Below are positions 63,396-64,000 of a stretch of 64,000 nucleotides of DNA, one piece after another. Within the stretch, counting starts at the first letter, position 1, and each line of letters starts with the position of its first letter. The notes under the pieces were generated by a model, which saw only the letters and a program-made list of their open reading frames with translations, was not told where the DNA came from and searched no databases. Origin of the DNA: a bacterium (GTDB lineage: Bacteria > Patescibacteriota > Saccharimonadia > Saccharimonadales > SZUA-47); NCBI GenBank assembly GCA_030427125.1, contig JAUHXF010000001.1:19091-83090 (forward strand). The letters are read 5' to 3'. The translations under genes were made by a program, and so were the position numbers.

Positions 63396-64000
63396 ATGAG
63401 TGAGATTTTAACTAACCAATTAGAGCTTGAAGCTGAACTAGCTTCTCAGGCAGTTATTGATAAAGAGAGCCTGAGTGCAGTCGCAAGTGTTATTAATCCC
63501 GAAGCAGCAAGGTTCGTAACGGCTATTTCAACACCAGAGGCTGCTTTTATTCCAGCGTATACAGCTTATCTTCTAGATCGTGAAGGAAGCATCATTGAAT
63601 ACCCAGTTATTACTGGTGTCAATCAGGATAACGCTGAGGCTTTTACAGCTGGCGCAGAACAGGTAAGTCGAATCTATACCGAAGGAAATCCACTTATAAG
63701 AGCTACTGCAGTTATGATGTTTTCTGAGGAGGGTCTTCTTTCAGGTATGCATGAAGAGTTAACAGAAGGTTCAGGAAGTTCAGGGCCAGTTCTATTAGGT
63801 GGCGGCATGATGGTATATGGAAGTAAGTCTGATGGAGTCAAGGGTGCTGATTTTGTAGGTATAGACTTTGCAGAACAAATGGGAGACGCAACGGATCTTG
63901 CAGATATGGTTGGGTTGAACAGAAATATGCTAGATACGATGCTTGATACTCTTGAATCACCCCAGGCCCAAGCAGTGAAGCCACTACTAGATATTTACGA
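63396..64000 (+). CDS. Hypothetical protein, N-terminal fragment; 3' end lies outside the window
   Basis: The frame is open from ATG 63396 to the window end (about 201 codons, MSEILTNQLELEAELASQ...). It is absent from the ORF track because no stop falls in the window. Confidence 0.55.
   Translation, partial: MSEILTNQLELEAELASQAVIDKESLSAVASVINPEAARFVTAISTPEAAFIPAYTAYLLDREGSIIEYPVITGVNQDNAEAFTAGAEQVSRIYTEGNPLIRATAVMMFSEEGLLSGMHEELTEGSGSSGPVLLGGGMMVYGSKSDGVKGADFVGIDFAEQMGDATDLADMVGLNRNMLDTMLDTLESPQAQAVKPLLDIY

Noticed and set aside
1-64000. CRISPR arrays, rRNA genes, IS elements, prophage genes, toxin-antitoxin pairs and known defence-system genes
   Set aside because: I scanned by eye for regularly spaced repeats, transposase/integrase/RT motifs and nuclease-helicase clusters and recognised none. 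The only repeats found are the short direct repeats reported above.

Overview
The window is a densely coded chromosomal segment with about 90 supported CDS on both strands and two tRNAs (Asn-GTT, Met-CAT). I saw no rRNA, CRISPR array, transposase or integrase. By eye it is moderately AT-rich.

Gene content includes peptidoglycan genes (murC, uppP, a glmM-like mutase), a type IV pilin, an LAETG sortase substrate and many small membrane and stress proteins. There are also two ABC-2 exporters, an OmpR/HK two-component pair, aspS, nadD and a dus-type gene. This fits a small-genome bacterium with a Gram-positive-type envelope, possibly Saccharibacteria/CPR-like. That assignment is inference only.

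Main observations:
1. A cobalamin-riboswitch-like element with its own terminator sits directly upstream of an uncharacterised 548-aa Cys-rich protein and an overlapping 58-aa zinc-ribbon protein.
2. At least a dozen genes have a -10 box, often extended (TGn), exactly 6 nt before the ATG. This implies leaderless mRNAs.
3. A carotenoid gene set (crtB, idi, crtI, fused lycopene cyclase, DUF422-type protein) is scattered over three loci.
4. A roughly 57-bp duplication of the tRNA-Asn 3' end plus terminator brackets a pilin cassette and a hairpin-rich untranslated stretch.
5. One gene encodes an ATP-grasp / N-formylglutamate-amidohydrolase-like fusion.
6. There are several orphan structured or promoter-bearing intergenic regions.

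All functional calls come from motif recognition by eye. No database search was run.
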